From the IMG/VR virus record IMGVR_UViG_3300030376_000575, positions 1,058 through 65,057 of that record: DNA of 64,000 bases; one strand, 5' to 3'. Of this stretch, positions 17,110-26,704 are shown piece by piece. The stretch is from a virus (lineage: Duplodnaviria > Caudoviricetes). Below the pieces are notes generated by a model. It did not search any database and was not told the DNA's origin. It saw only the letters and a list, made by a program, of their open reading frames with translations. The position numbers and the translations under genes are program-made. The stretch's first letter is position 1; the number at the start of each line of letters is the position of its first letter.

Positions 17110-19494
17110 ATGTCAAGACCAGCAAATTTAATGTTCCCGATGCGTAATCAAGTAATTGACTTAGCACGTAATGGAATGTCTATGGATCAGATAGCTCAAA
17201 TAACAGCACAACCTCCAGAAGTTATACAAGCGTTGCTGGCTGATTCGGTGAGGGGTTCAAACGATCTACAGAGTCAACAAAATTTTGGTATTGTTAATTC
17301 TGGTTTAGACAGCACTATAACCGAGATGGCTGGCGGTGTAGCTACTTCGAAAACTAATCAGTTAGAAGCAAATGTAGCAGACACAATGCGAAAAACACTT
17401 GATATTGATAACGAAAAACCAGAAAGTGAGATGACGTTTGTAGATAAATTAAACCAAGCGATGACTTTAGGTACAGCAAAAAGAGACGGTGAGGAAGTAA
17501 CTCAAAGTGGGGTAGATACTTACAGCACTATGGATAAAATTAATAGATTTTACGGAGTAGATCCTGAAAGTCAAGCAGACGCTAATAAAATATATTTAGA
17601 CGCATTTAAAGAATATCTAGACACAGACGATATTAAAAAGTTAGTTCCCCAACCCGACAAAGCACTCCCCTATCTCGCTGCAGGTGCTGCTCTTATAAAT
17701 TCAGGTACTAAAGGCGATGACTGGGGTACTGCTTTATCTAATGCATTTTTGAATTATGCCTCTGGTTCAGCTAAAGAAAAGAAACAATATCAAGACGCTA
17801 TGGCAAGTATTGATATAAACAAAGCCAAAAGAATACAAGATTTTAGTGCTAATCTTATGCTGTCTAGTGCTAAAGAGAGAAACAGTTTAAGGACAGCTTT
17901 GATAAAATCTAAAAGAGAACCATACACTATCCCTGGACAAGAGTTTCCAGAATATTTGACAGATCAAGAAGTGTCCATGTATCCTGGAGCAGTTCCATAT
18001 TCAGGTGAAATGAAAGCCTACACAATATACGCAGACGTAGACGGTGACGGTAAACCAGATCCATCAGCAGGTGCTGCAGCAGGTTTATATAATCAACAAA
18101 CTGCTTCACGATTAGCAAATCAAGGATTCATAGTCACTCCTGGACACGACTCTATGAAGGGTAGAAATCAATATATGATAGAAGGTAAGATCCAATCTTT
18201 AACTGATTTTGAACTTCAAGAAGTTTTAAAAGCTAAACCAGGAATGGAGTATTCTAAAATAGGTACAGCAAAAGTAATTCAAGCACTGAACAGTTATACT
18301 GGTAGACCTGAATTTACACTAGAAAGTAATTTGATAGGTGGTAAAAATAAAGGTGCACGTAAAGGGTATGAACATTTAGTACCACTCACCGAAGATTACA
18401 ATTTCACTTACGGAGCAAATGGTGAAATAAGTTTCCAAAAAGGAAGACCTCAGTTAAGTATGGCTGGATCATTAACTATAGATCAAGCTAATAAACAACA
18501 ACAAAAAATAGAGGCTGATTTACAATCAATAAATACAGGAACAAGAAATATTTTAAATACAACAGATAAAATATTCACTATAATAGATGACGCTAGAGCT
18601 AGAGATCAAGATGTTACTTTCGGTAATCCAGTTACTGGGCTCACGCAGTTCGGTAAAAACGTTATAGGTCAATTTGAACAATTAAATGATATTTTAGACA
18701 GCGGTCAGTTTGATTATTTTAATGATGCAAATAACAATGGTAAAAGAGATCCTGGAGAACAAGTTACAAATCCGAGTGATTTTAGAAACCAATTTAATGA
18801 AACTTTTGAAGACACTGGTATTTACGATTTCTTAAAAAATTCTGGACTAGATACTAAAAGAGTACAAAATTTAATATTTACTCTCGCACTACAAAGTGCT
18901 GCGCTAGATAATCAAAAAGGTCGAGATATATCAGATAAAGATATTGAAAGATTCCTTAACCGAGCTGGTGCTAATGCTAGTACCTTTGAAGATTTTGAAC
19001 AGCAAGTATATGATCTAGTAGAAGGCGCAGTAGATAAATACGACGGTTATGTTATGGGTGCAAAAGAATTTAATAACTCATATATTTTAGACCCTAGTGA
19101 AGCTAAAAAATTTGAAGAAGGTTTAATATCAGGAGTACCTTACGAACCTGTAAAAACCAGATTTATCGACACTGTTCTTTCAGATGAAAATATGGAACGT
19201 TACGACAGCATACCTATAAACAGAGGTAGTGATAAAAGTATAAACACATACAGAGATTTAGTGAAAAATAGGGATAGAAGAGCCCCCAGTAACGTTGGTC
19301 CAGGAACCAGTACCTCACTTGAGGGTTTGCCACAAGGCGCAGGAACTGCGAGTGGTATAGGAACAATGAGTAATGAAGAACTTTATCAAAGATTAGTTAG
19401 CCAACCAACTTTAGGTGCGACGTATCAAACAAATTACCCAGACGCATACGAGCAATTTAAAAATTATCTGAAAGTTAGAGCACAAATTCAATGA
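17110..19494 (+). CDS. Large internal virion / ejection protein
   Basis: 794 aa in the ejectosome gene block. Confidence 0.55.
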   Translation: MSRPANLMFPMRNQVIDLARNGMSMDQIAQITAQPPEVIQALLADSVRGSNDLQSQQNFGIVNSGLDSTITEMAGGVATSKTNQLEANVADTMRKTLDIDNEKPESEMTFVDKLNQAMTLGTAKRDGEEVTQSGVDTYSTMDKINRFYGVDPESQADANKIYLDAFKEYLDTDDIKKLVPQPDKALPYLAAGAALINSGTKGDDWGTALSNAFLNYASGSAKEKKQYQDAMASIDINKAKRIQDFSANLMLSSAKERNSLRTALIKSKREPYTIPGQEFPEYLTDQEVSMYPGAVPYSGEMKAYTIYADVDGDGKPDPSAGAAAGLYNQQTASRLANQGFIVTPGHDSMKGRNQYMIEGKIQSLTDFELQEVLKAKPGMEYSKIGTAKVIQALNSYTGRPEFTLESNLIGGKNKGARKGYEHLVPLTEDYNFTYGANGEISFQKGRPQLSMAGSLTIDQANKQQQKIEADLQSINTGTRNILNTTDKIFTIIDDARARDQDVTFGNPVTGLTQFGKNVIGQFEQLNDILDSGQFDYFNDANNNGKRDPGEQVTNPSDFRNQFNETFEDTGIYDFLKNSGLDTKRVQNLIFTLALQSAALDNQKGRDISDKDIERFLNRAGANASTFEDFEQQVYDLVEGAVDKYDGYVMGAKEFNNSYILDPSEAKKFEEGLISGVPYEPVKTRFIDTVLSDENMERYDSIPINRGSDKSINTYRDLVKNRDRRAPSNVGPGTSTSLEGLPQGAGTASGIGTMSNEELYQRLVSQPTLGATYQTNYPDAYEQFKNYLKVRAQIQ

Positions 19495-22400
19495 GCCAAA
19501 TGACTCCTGATCAAATTGCTTTTTTACTAGATCCATTATCAGTAGATAAGGCACTAGATAGTAAACTTGCTAATTCTCCTAAATTAAATGAAGACAGTCT
19601 TACACAACCTCAAGCAGATGCACTGAGCCAGTATGGTTACAAGCCTGTAAATTTTCCTGGAGTTTACCAACCTACATCAAAACTTTCAACCGATGTTCGT
19701 GAAGCAGCAGAAAAAGGAATATTAGCAGGAGATCCTTTAGTAACGAAAGATTTTATGTCACAAATGGATCCTCAGTTTCTTTCTCAATACAGTGGTGTAG
19801 ATTACGATGTAGAAGTTACTCCTGGAAAAGCAATAGAAACTTTAGAGTTACTACCTGAAGATGTAAGAAACGACCCAAAAGAAGGTCCAGATTCTATAAC
19901 TAAAATATTACAAGATAACTATCGTGACGCAGGGTTTACTAACCCACAGTTTAATTGGGATGTTAGAGTAGATCCATTTACTAAAGACTACATATTTAAC
20001 GATCCATTTACAGGCAAGCCTAGACCAGTAAATCCTCCTGGAATGAACATGGGAGATTTCACAGCATTCATGAAACCGTTTGCTGCTGAAATTGGTCCAG
20101 CTATTATTGCTGCTGGTATAACAAGAAATCCAGTTATAGGTGTAGCTACAGAAGCAATGGGAGCATACATCTATAGGATGAATGCTTTAGAGGGTATGCA
20201 AGATAAAGGTTATCTACCTGTTGGTTACGATATAAATATGGAATCTATGAAACAAGCTGGTTTAGTTGGAGCATTCGGTGCTGCTGGTGGAACAGCGTAT
20301 AAAATCTATAAAATGTGGAAAGGTCGAGGAATGAGTGCTGTACCTATTGATGAAGACGAATTCATAGAAGCATATGAAAAACTATCGAAAGACGGAGTTG
20401 TAGATCCTGACGAGTTAACCTCTCCTCAAGTAGTGATGAGTGTAGACGCAGCAGGAGCAGCAAACGTAGAAAGATATTTAAAAAATCAATCAAATTTAGA
20501 CACCCCTTTCGGTAAAAAACTCAGGGAAAAATATGCGAATCAAGAAGAATTGTTTACTAGAATAGTAGACAATCTTATAAATACTCAAGGAGTAACAAGA
20601 GCACAAGCAGAAGAGTCTGCTAATTTATATATACGACAACAAACTGGTCAAGATATTCAAGAAGCAGTAGCAACAGATGTAGCAAGACAAACAGTACCGA
20701 TAGATCAAAAAATAGCAGACCTAGATACACAAGCAAATGAAATGTTAAGTAATCTTACTAGCGGTAGGATAAGTGGTGATGAAGCTGGAAAACAGTTCCG
20801 TGATGCTACTGTTCAACTTAAACAAGCTAGGTATGATAAAGTCAATTCAGACTACGACGATGCGTATAAAATGGCAGGTTTCAAAGGTAATGCTAAACCT
20901 TTTGACTATTCTGTGATGGAAAAAACGTTAGACAAAATTATCGCAAATCAAAGTCAAGCTGGTCTACCTAACAAACAAATACTAGATATAGCCACAACAT
21001 TAAAAGGTGGTTTAAAAAACAAGAAAAATTTTAAACAGTTTAAAGGTGACATTCGTCAGTTGCAAAGTAATATAAATGCGATAGCGAGCAAGGGTGGAGA
21101 TTTTTCTGATCTTATAACTATACGAGATGCTATGGATCAAATTCGTGTAGGTGCTTTAAAGAATGGGGATCCTAAAGCATTAAAAACATTTAATGCAGCA
21201 GAAGATGCATACAAACAAGCTGACGCAGCATTCGACAATAATATAATAAAACAGATAACTGACCTACAAAAATCAAGTTCAGACTTATATCAGCTGGGTG
21301 ATAAACAAGCGTATGATCGATTACTGAGTGTGTTGCGTAGTAATAAAGACACAAGTTATTTGAATAAAATTTTAGACCCAGAAAATGCTGATGCATTTGA
21401 AGCTATACGTCAAGGTCTGCGTGGAGATTTTTTCAGTAAAGTAGTCGATGATACTAATCCTGACGGTTTGCTACGACCAAAAGGCGGTAAAGAATACGAT
21501 TCTTTTATGAACGATAATCGTAAACTGTTAGAAAGATTTTTCGACGAAGACGAGTTAACAGATTTTTTAAATCCCGAACAATTTATAAGAGCTTTTAAAC
21601 GTAATCAAGCAGAACTAGAATCAGCACGTAATGCTATTGACAGCACAGGAGCGTTGCGTAATATAGTAAAAACAGATAGTCCAGAAGCAATATTTAGTTC
21701 TTCATGGTCAAAAGACAAACTAAGCGTTACTGCTGAACTCAGAAAAGCACTTGGTAGGAGCAGAGAGTTAACAGAACAATACAAAAGATATATTGCTAAA
21801 GACATATTTGACGAAGTTTCAGATGATTCAAAATTAGTGATAGGTAGATCTGCGATTAACGGTAAAAAATTAATAGCGTATGCAGATGATTATTCAGCAC
21901 AACTAGCTGAGTGGTTTGGTCCAGACTTTCCTAGGCAATTAAAAGGTATTGGTGAAGAATTACAAGTATTTGATGAGGTTAATGTTGCTGGTTTAGCACC
22001 AGAACAATCAACTTTGTTCAATATAATCAACCAAGGTGCTAGAACATATGTAGGTCTATTTACTACAGAAGGTCGTATGTTAACTGCTTTAAAAGTAGCA
22101 AAAGCATACACAGAAAAAGCTAGATTTATGGATCTCCTTACAAACCCAAATAAACTTTATGATGCTATTAAAAAATCTAAACAAATGAATCAAGCAGATC
22201 GTAGTGTTTTAGCTAGAGCGTTTGGCAGAGAAACTGGTGATGCTTTTACTGACGATGAGCCACAGTCTCAAACACAACCACTAGAAGTTCTATATGAACC
22301 TAACCTACAAGTACCAGACGAAGAACAACTACAACTAAACCGTGGCGGTCATGTCACTAGGAAATTAAATATACCACTACAATATGGATTCGGAGAGTAA
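19491..22400 (+). CDS. Large internal virion / ejection protein
   Basis: 969 aa, helical, with a hydrophobic patch near residue 200 and LNRGG near the C-terminus. Confidence 0.55.
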   Translation: MSQMTPDQIAFLLDPLSVDKALDSKLANSPKLNEDSLTQPQADALSQYGYKPVNFPGVYQPTSKLSTDVREAAEKGILAGDPLVTKDFMSQMDPQFLSQYSGVDYDVEVTPGKAIETLELLPEDVRNDPKEGPDSITKILQDNYRDAGFTNPQFNWDVRVDPFTKDYIFNDPFTGKPRPVNPPGMNMGDFTAFMKPFAAEIGPAIIAAGITRNPVIGVATEAMGAYIYRMNALEGMQDKGYLPVGYDINMESMKQAGLVGAFGAAGGTAYKIYKMWKGRGMSAVPIDEDEFIEAYEKLSKDGVVDPDELTSPQVVMSVDAAGAANVERYLKNQSNLDTPFGKKLREKYANQEELFTRIVDNLINTQGVTRAQAEESANLYIRQQTGQDIQEAVATDVARQTVPIDQKIADLDTQANEMLSNLTSGRISGDEAGKQFRDATVQLKQARYDKVNSDYDDAYKMAGFKGNAKPFDYSVMEKTLDKIIANQSQAGLPNKQILDIATTLKGGLKNKKNFKQFKGDIRQLQSNINAIASKGGDFSDLITIRDAMDQIRVGALKNGDPKALKTFNAAEDAYKQADAAFDNNIIKQITDLQKSSSDLYQLGDKQAYDRLLSVLRSNKDTSYLNKILDPENADAFEAIRQGLRGDFFSKVVDDTNPDGLLRPKGGKEYDSFMNDNRKLLERFFDEDELTDFLNPEQFIRAFKRNQAELESARNAIDSTGALRNIVKTDSPEAIFSSSWSKDKLSVTAELRKALGRSRELTEQYKRYIAKDIFDEVSDDSKLVIGRSAINGKKLIAYADDYSAQLAEWFGPDFPRQLKGIGEELQVFDEVNVAGLAPEQSTLFNIINQGARTYVGLFTTEGRMLTALKVAKAYTEKARFMDLLTNPNKLYDAIKKSKQMNQADRSVLARAFGRETGDAFTDDEPQSQTQPLEVLYEPNLQVPDEEQLQLNRGGHVTRKLNIPLQYGFGE

Positions 22401-23441
22401 ATGGGAGTTTTAGCAGACATAGTTTCTAATATGAAAAGCAGAGAAGGATTGCCATCTGTAGGTGATGACTTCATGGATAATTTTAAAAACACTAGTCGCT
22501 TCACTACAGAAGATTTAATCACTGCAAAAGCACCTAATCAGATGCCTATACCAGATCAACTTGGTTTGAATGCTAGGCAGAGAGAAACTTTTGGTAGTAA
22601 TTTTTTTGCTAATAGACCTGCTCCAGTACCGACCCCTGAACCTACTACAGATCCACTTACAGAGTCTTTAACAGGTAAAGAAACAATGTATGGTGTCCCT
22701 GGAGCAGCAAGTGCAGCAGTCAATATGGGCGGTAGTCTTAGTGGCGGTGGGTTAGGAAGTTTTCAAGCACCTATAAGTGCTCGTGATATGTTTGTAACTG
22801 ACCAAGCTCAATCGTATGAAAAAAGTTTTGAGATAGATCCTGAACAAGATCAAGTACCGTCAGGAACAACTTTAGCACCTATGCCTACTAAATTTAGTGG
22901 TGTTGGTCCAGGAGTACAGTTCGACCCAGATGCTCCTCCTCCTGAAAGAGTAGATTCTGCAACATTTAACGCACAGATGGAAGCGAGCAGAAGAAACGAT
23001 TTAGCAAGTGCTATGCAAACTTTGTATGGTGCTGCTGGTTCTAGTTTTGAATCAGGGCGTAATGAATATACTGAATCAGGTCAATACGACATAGACAAAG
23101 CAATCAGAGATGCTGAGTTTGATGCGATGCGTGCAGGTAATACACCTCTTACTCGCGAAGAAACTGCTAGAAGATTAGCAGAACTACAGGCTTCAATAGG
23201 TTTCGGTGGAGCTATGGCACCTGCAAATGCTCCGATGAGTACAAGAGTTGAACCAAACCCAATACCTACTAACTTTGAGTTAGTGTCTGGGTATAATGTT
23301 CCAGCTCCAGTAACAGGATTACCATCAATGTCATCAGCGAGTGAAACAACAATGTCTCCTATAGAAAGAAATCGTAGAGCTAGGTTAGGTCGTGGTCGTA
23401 TGATGATGAACTATGGTGGTATAGCTACTCTAGGTTTATAA
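22401..23441 (+). CDS. Pro-rich hypothetical protein, last gene of late block
   Basis: 346 aa, ends MNYGGIATLGL. Confidence 0.6.
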   Translation: MGVLADIVSNMKSREGLPSVGDDFMDNFKNTSRFTTEDLITAKAPNQMPIPDQLGLNARQRETFGSNFFANRPAPVPTPEPTTDPLTESLTGKETMYGVPGAASAAVNMGGSLSGGGLGSFQAPISARDMFVTDQAQSYEKSFEIDPEQDQVPSGTTLAPMPTKFSGVGPGVQFDPDAPPPERVDSATFNAQMEASRRNDLASAMQTLYGAAGSSFESGRNEYTESGQYDIDKAIRDAEFDAMRAGNTPLTREETARRLAELQASIGFGGAMAPANAPMSTRVEPNPIPTNFELVSGYNVPAPVTGLPSMSSASETTMSPIERNRRARLGRGRMMMNYGGIATLGL

Positions 23442-24881
23442 TAACCAATCTTTCCAGTGGTCTTCACCCAGTACTGTTTGTGCTATATTCTGTTTTTGAC
23501 GTAATGCTTTGACTATTTTTTCATCTACTGTACGTTCACAAACAATATCTATATAAGTAACTTTATTAGTTTGACCTATACGATGCGCTCTGTCCTCTGA
23601 CTGTAACCTTTTTTCTAAGTCATAGTTATTAGAGTAATACACTACTGTACTTGCAGCAGTCAGTGTGATACCATAACCGCCTGTTTGTGTATTACCTATA
23701 AAAAATCTAAGAGGATGTTCTTTATCTTGAAATTTATTGATAACATCTTCTCTATCTTCTTGACTGACGTCACCGTAGTAAGTACCCACGGACTCTGCAC
23801 CGTAGAGCTTTGTAAGTTCTTTTTCTATTTTTTGTATGTCATGTCTGTAGTTAGCCCAGATTATTACTTTGCCGTCTGTTTCTTCTATCACACTTAATAA
23901 CTCAGCCATCCTTTGAGAAGGTAGTTCAGTTAATGTACCGTTATCTAATTTTATAAAGCCACAAGATATTTGATGTAGTCTTATGACTTGAGTAATCAAA
24001 TGTGTGATAGTAACTTTACTACCACCGAGTAAAGATTGAGCTTTCTTTTGTAGATCTTTATAAACTCTTTTCTGCTCATCTGTCATTTGTATAACTCGTT
24101 TGAGATAAACTTTATCTGGTAGGTCTAAACAATCTTTCTTGAGTACCCTGTAACTAAATGCGTTAATTAACTCATTTAATTCATTCAGGTTTTTATAACC
24201 TGTGACTAATTTGAATGACCTACCACCTGCAGATTTTTCTACCAAGTTAGCATATCTAGTTCTAAATGCATAGTAACTATTGAACCCCAGTAATGCTGGG
24301 TCTAAAAAGTAACACTGACTATATAAATCTAGTGGACTTTTAGTTACTGGACTGCCTGTTAGTATTCTTTTATAGTAAGCGTATTTACCTATACGAACCG
24401 CGTTCATAGTTCTCTTAGCTTGATGGTTTTTTATAGTTGTACTTTCATCTATTATGAACATAGTTTTACGGTTGAACAGAAAATTAGTAGCGAACTTTGT
24501 ACCTTTTTTCGTGCTCAATGCTTCAGTGTTCATAACTAATATACTAAGTTTGTCTGGGTCTTCGTATAACGATTGTAACTGTGCTAGGTTTTTCTTAGAG
24601 CTTGAGTTAGACCATTTAACCACAACAGGTTCTAACTCATTTTCTGGTAAGTGTATTGGAATCTCTTTGCTGTACCATGTGTCGTAAACACCTTTGTTAG
24701 CTAAGATTAAAACACCGTTTATTAACTTTTCTTTATGTAGATAAACAAAATTATCTATAACTACTTTAGATTTACCACAGCCCATCTCCATAAATAATGC
24801 AAAATTCTTTTTATCGTAAGAGTTTTGTAGTGCATCTAATTGATGGTCATACGGTTTAGTTTTGAAGTAAAACTGAGTCAA
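23436..24881 (-). CDS. SNF2-family (SF2) helicase
   Basis: PYDHQL Q-motif, MEMGCGKS Walker A, IIDESTTIKN, LTGSPV, GGYGITLTAA and QSEDRAHRIGQ. Confidence 0.92.
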   Translation of the reverse strand: MTQFYFKTKPYDHQLDALQNSYDKKNFALFMEMGCGKSKVVIDNFVYLHKEKLINGVLILANKGVYDTWYSKEIPIHLPENELEPVVVKWSNSSSKKNLAQLQSLYEDPDKLSILVMNTEALSTKKGTKFATNFLFNRKTMFIIDESTTIKNHQAKRTMNAVRIGKYAYYKRILTGSPVTKSPLDLYSQCYFLDPALLGFNSYYAFRTRYANLVEKSAGGRSFKLVTGYKNLNELNELINAFSYRVLKKDCLDLPDKVYLKRVIQMTDEQKRVYKDLQKKAQSLLGGSKVTITHLITQVIRLHQISCGFIKLDNGTLTELPSQRMAELLSVIEETDGKVIIWANYRHDIQKIEKELTKLYGAESVGTYYGDVSQEDREDVINKFQDKEHPLRFFIGNTQTGGYGITLTAASTVVYYSNNYDLEKRLQSEDRAHRIGQTNKVTYIDIVCERTVDEKIVKALRQKQNIAQTVLGEDHWKDWLL

Positions 24882-25276
24882 GAGTAGTCCTTTATATAAG
24901 TAAGTTATAAGTATAAGCTAGTTAATAAGTAAGTAACTAGCATCATGTTTTAGCATTACTTTGCTAATAGCTAATAGGGGGGTAATAGGATAGCTAATAT
25001 CAGAGTAAAACTCTCGATAGTAAAGAGTTTCGAAGTTTACATTATTAGATTATTACTATATTTAAAATATTTTAGCATAAGTGCTTTATAAATTTTTAAA
25101 TCTATATAATACTAATAGGGCTAGTTAGTAGTAGCATAGGTAGTCGGCGGTGCGCCATAAGTCTTAGCTTACCATAACTAATCGAGTTATATAACTATAC
25201 CGTAAAAACACCCTATACTCGATTATAAAATATAGACACACCGCCTTTAACAATTAACGATTAATAAGGAACCAGT
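24882..25276. promoter_or_regulatory. Divergent AT-rich control region (candidate origin plus promoter of replication operon)
   Basis: TAATAG repeat array at 24963-24999; TGCTTT(25082)-17 bp-TATAAT(25105); nested inverted repeats at 25146-25245. Confidence 0.55.
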
Positions 25277-25831
25277 ATGAGAATACCAGACCACATCTTC
25301 GAAGAAGATTCTAAAAAAGCCAGTGTAGGTTTAAAAGACCTTGGAGACATAGGTGCTCTAGGGAAAAAGTTAACAGAAATGGCAAGCCTCATAGACGATG
25401 AGGAAAAGAAACTTAAAAAGTTAAAAGCAGATTATAAAAAATTAAGTGAAGAAGACATACCTGATAAATTAAGAGAAGTAGGTATAAGCGAGTTTAAACT
25501 ACTCGACGGAACTAAACTTTCTATTCAACCATATTACTCAGCTAGGATAACTCCTGACAATAGAGAGGTATGCTTTAATTGGCTTGAAAGTAATGGTTTA
25601 GGTGACGTTATTAAAAACACAGTTTCAGCTAACTTTGGTCGAGGTGAAGACGAAGTAGCCCAAGAACTCATGGCAAAACTAGAAAAAGATGGGCATACAC
25701 TTACTCAAAAGAAGTGGGTAGAGCCTATGACTTTGAAAGCACTTGTCAGAGAGCAGGTAGAACAAGGGAACGACCTACCCTTAGATACCTTTAATGTTTA
25801 TATAGGTCAAAAAACTAAGGTAAATAAGTAA
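25277..25831 (+). CDS. Conserved phage replication-module protein
   Basis: Coiled coil followed by IPDKLREVGISEFKLLDG..FNWLESNGLGDVIKN; SD AGGA. Confidence 0.7.
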   Translation: MRIPDHIFEEDSKKASVGLKDLGDIGALGKKLTEMASLIDDEEKKLKKLKADYKKLSEEDIPDKLREVGISEFKLLDGTKLSIQPYYSARITPDNREVCFNWLESNGLGDVIKNTVSANFGRGEDEVAQELMAKLEKDGHTLTQKKWVEPMTLKALVREQVEQGNDLPLDTFNVYIGQKTKVNK

Positions 25832-26616
25832 TGAGCAATGAAAAAGAGAAAAGTGATAATAAAGAAGTAGCTAGTAAAAAGTCTACAGATATTGCTGTCG
25901 GTTCTGCGTTTGAAGCAGATGCTGGTGGTGGTATGGAACACATGACCCCAGAGGATTTTACTATCCCTCGTTTAAAAATCTTACAGGCACTTAGCCCAGA
26001 GGTAAATAAACGTGATGGTGGATATATAGACGGTGCTGCAGCAGGTGATATTGTAAATACTGTTACTAAACAGTTATATACAGAAGATAACCCTTTGACA
26101 GTTTTACCTGTGGCATATAAGCGTATGTACTTAGAATGGCAACCTCGTGAAAGTGGTGGTGGTTTAGTGAATCAACACACAGACGCAAGTATATTAGGTC
26201 AAACTACAAAAGATGAGAGGTATGCAGATGTGTTGCCTAACGGTAATTACATACAAACTTCTGCCACTCACTATGCGTTAACACTCGAAGGTGATTCGTT
26301 TCAACAAGTTATGATACCTATGTCTAACACACAGTTGAAAAAGTCTCGTACTTGGAACTCTGTTATGTCTAGTATTAAGATAAAAGGTAGTGAGGGTAAT
26401 GTATTTACCCCACCGTCATACAGTCATAAGTATAAACTGACTACAGTACAAGAGTCTAACGACCGTGGTACTTGGTTCGGTTGGAACATAGAGTTGCTTG
26501 GACCTATTACAGAAACTGAGATGAGTCTATATGCGATAGCAAGAGAGTTTGCTAAAACTGTAAATGTAGATGCTCCACCTGCAACGACAGTAAGCACTGA
26601 CGAAGCACCGTTTTAA
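25831..26616 (+). CDS. Single-stranded DNA-binding/annealing protein candidate
   Basis: PRLKILQALSPEV and NDRGTWFGWNI motifs; acidic C-terminal tail ending DEAPF. Confidence 0.7.
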   Translation: MSNEKEKSDNKEVASKKSTDIAVGSAFEADAGGGMEHMTPEDFTIPRLKILQALSPEVNKRDGGYIDGAAAGDIVNTVTKQLYTEDNPLTVLPVAYKRMYLEWQPRESGGGLVNQHTDASILGQTTKDERYADVLPNGNYIQTSATHYALTLEGDSFQQVMIPMSNTQLKKSRTWNSVMSSIKIKGSEGNVFTPPSYSHKYKLTTVQESNDRGTWFGWNIELLGPITETEMSLYAIAREFAKTVNVDAPPATTVSTDEAPF

Positions 26617-26623
26617 ATAACAC

Positions 26624-26680
26624 AAACTGACGATCCTTTACTTTTTCTTAGAAGTAAAGGAGGGTAGAGGGTCTCAGTTT
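26624..26680 (+). other. Long intergenic stem-loop (possible RNase III or attenuation site)
   Basis: TCCTTTACTT/AAGTAAAGGA 10-bp stem nested in AAACTGA/TCAGTTT. Confidence 0.5.
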
Positions 26681-26704
26681 TATACTCTAAAAAGGGAGAG
26701 TTAG

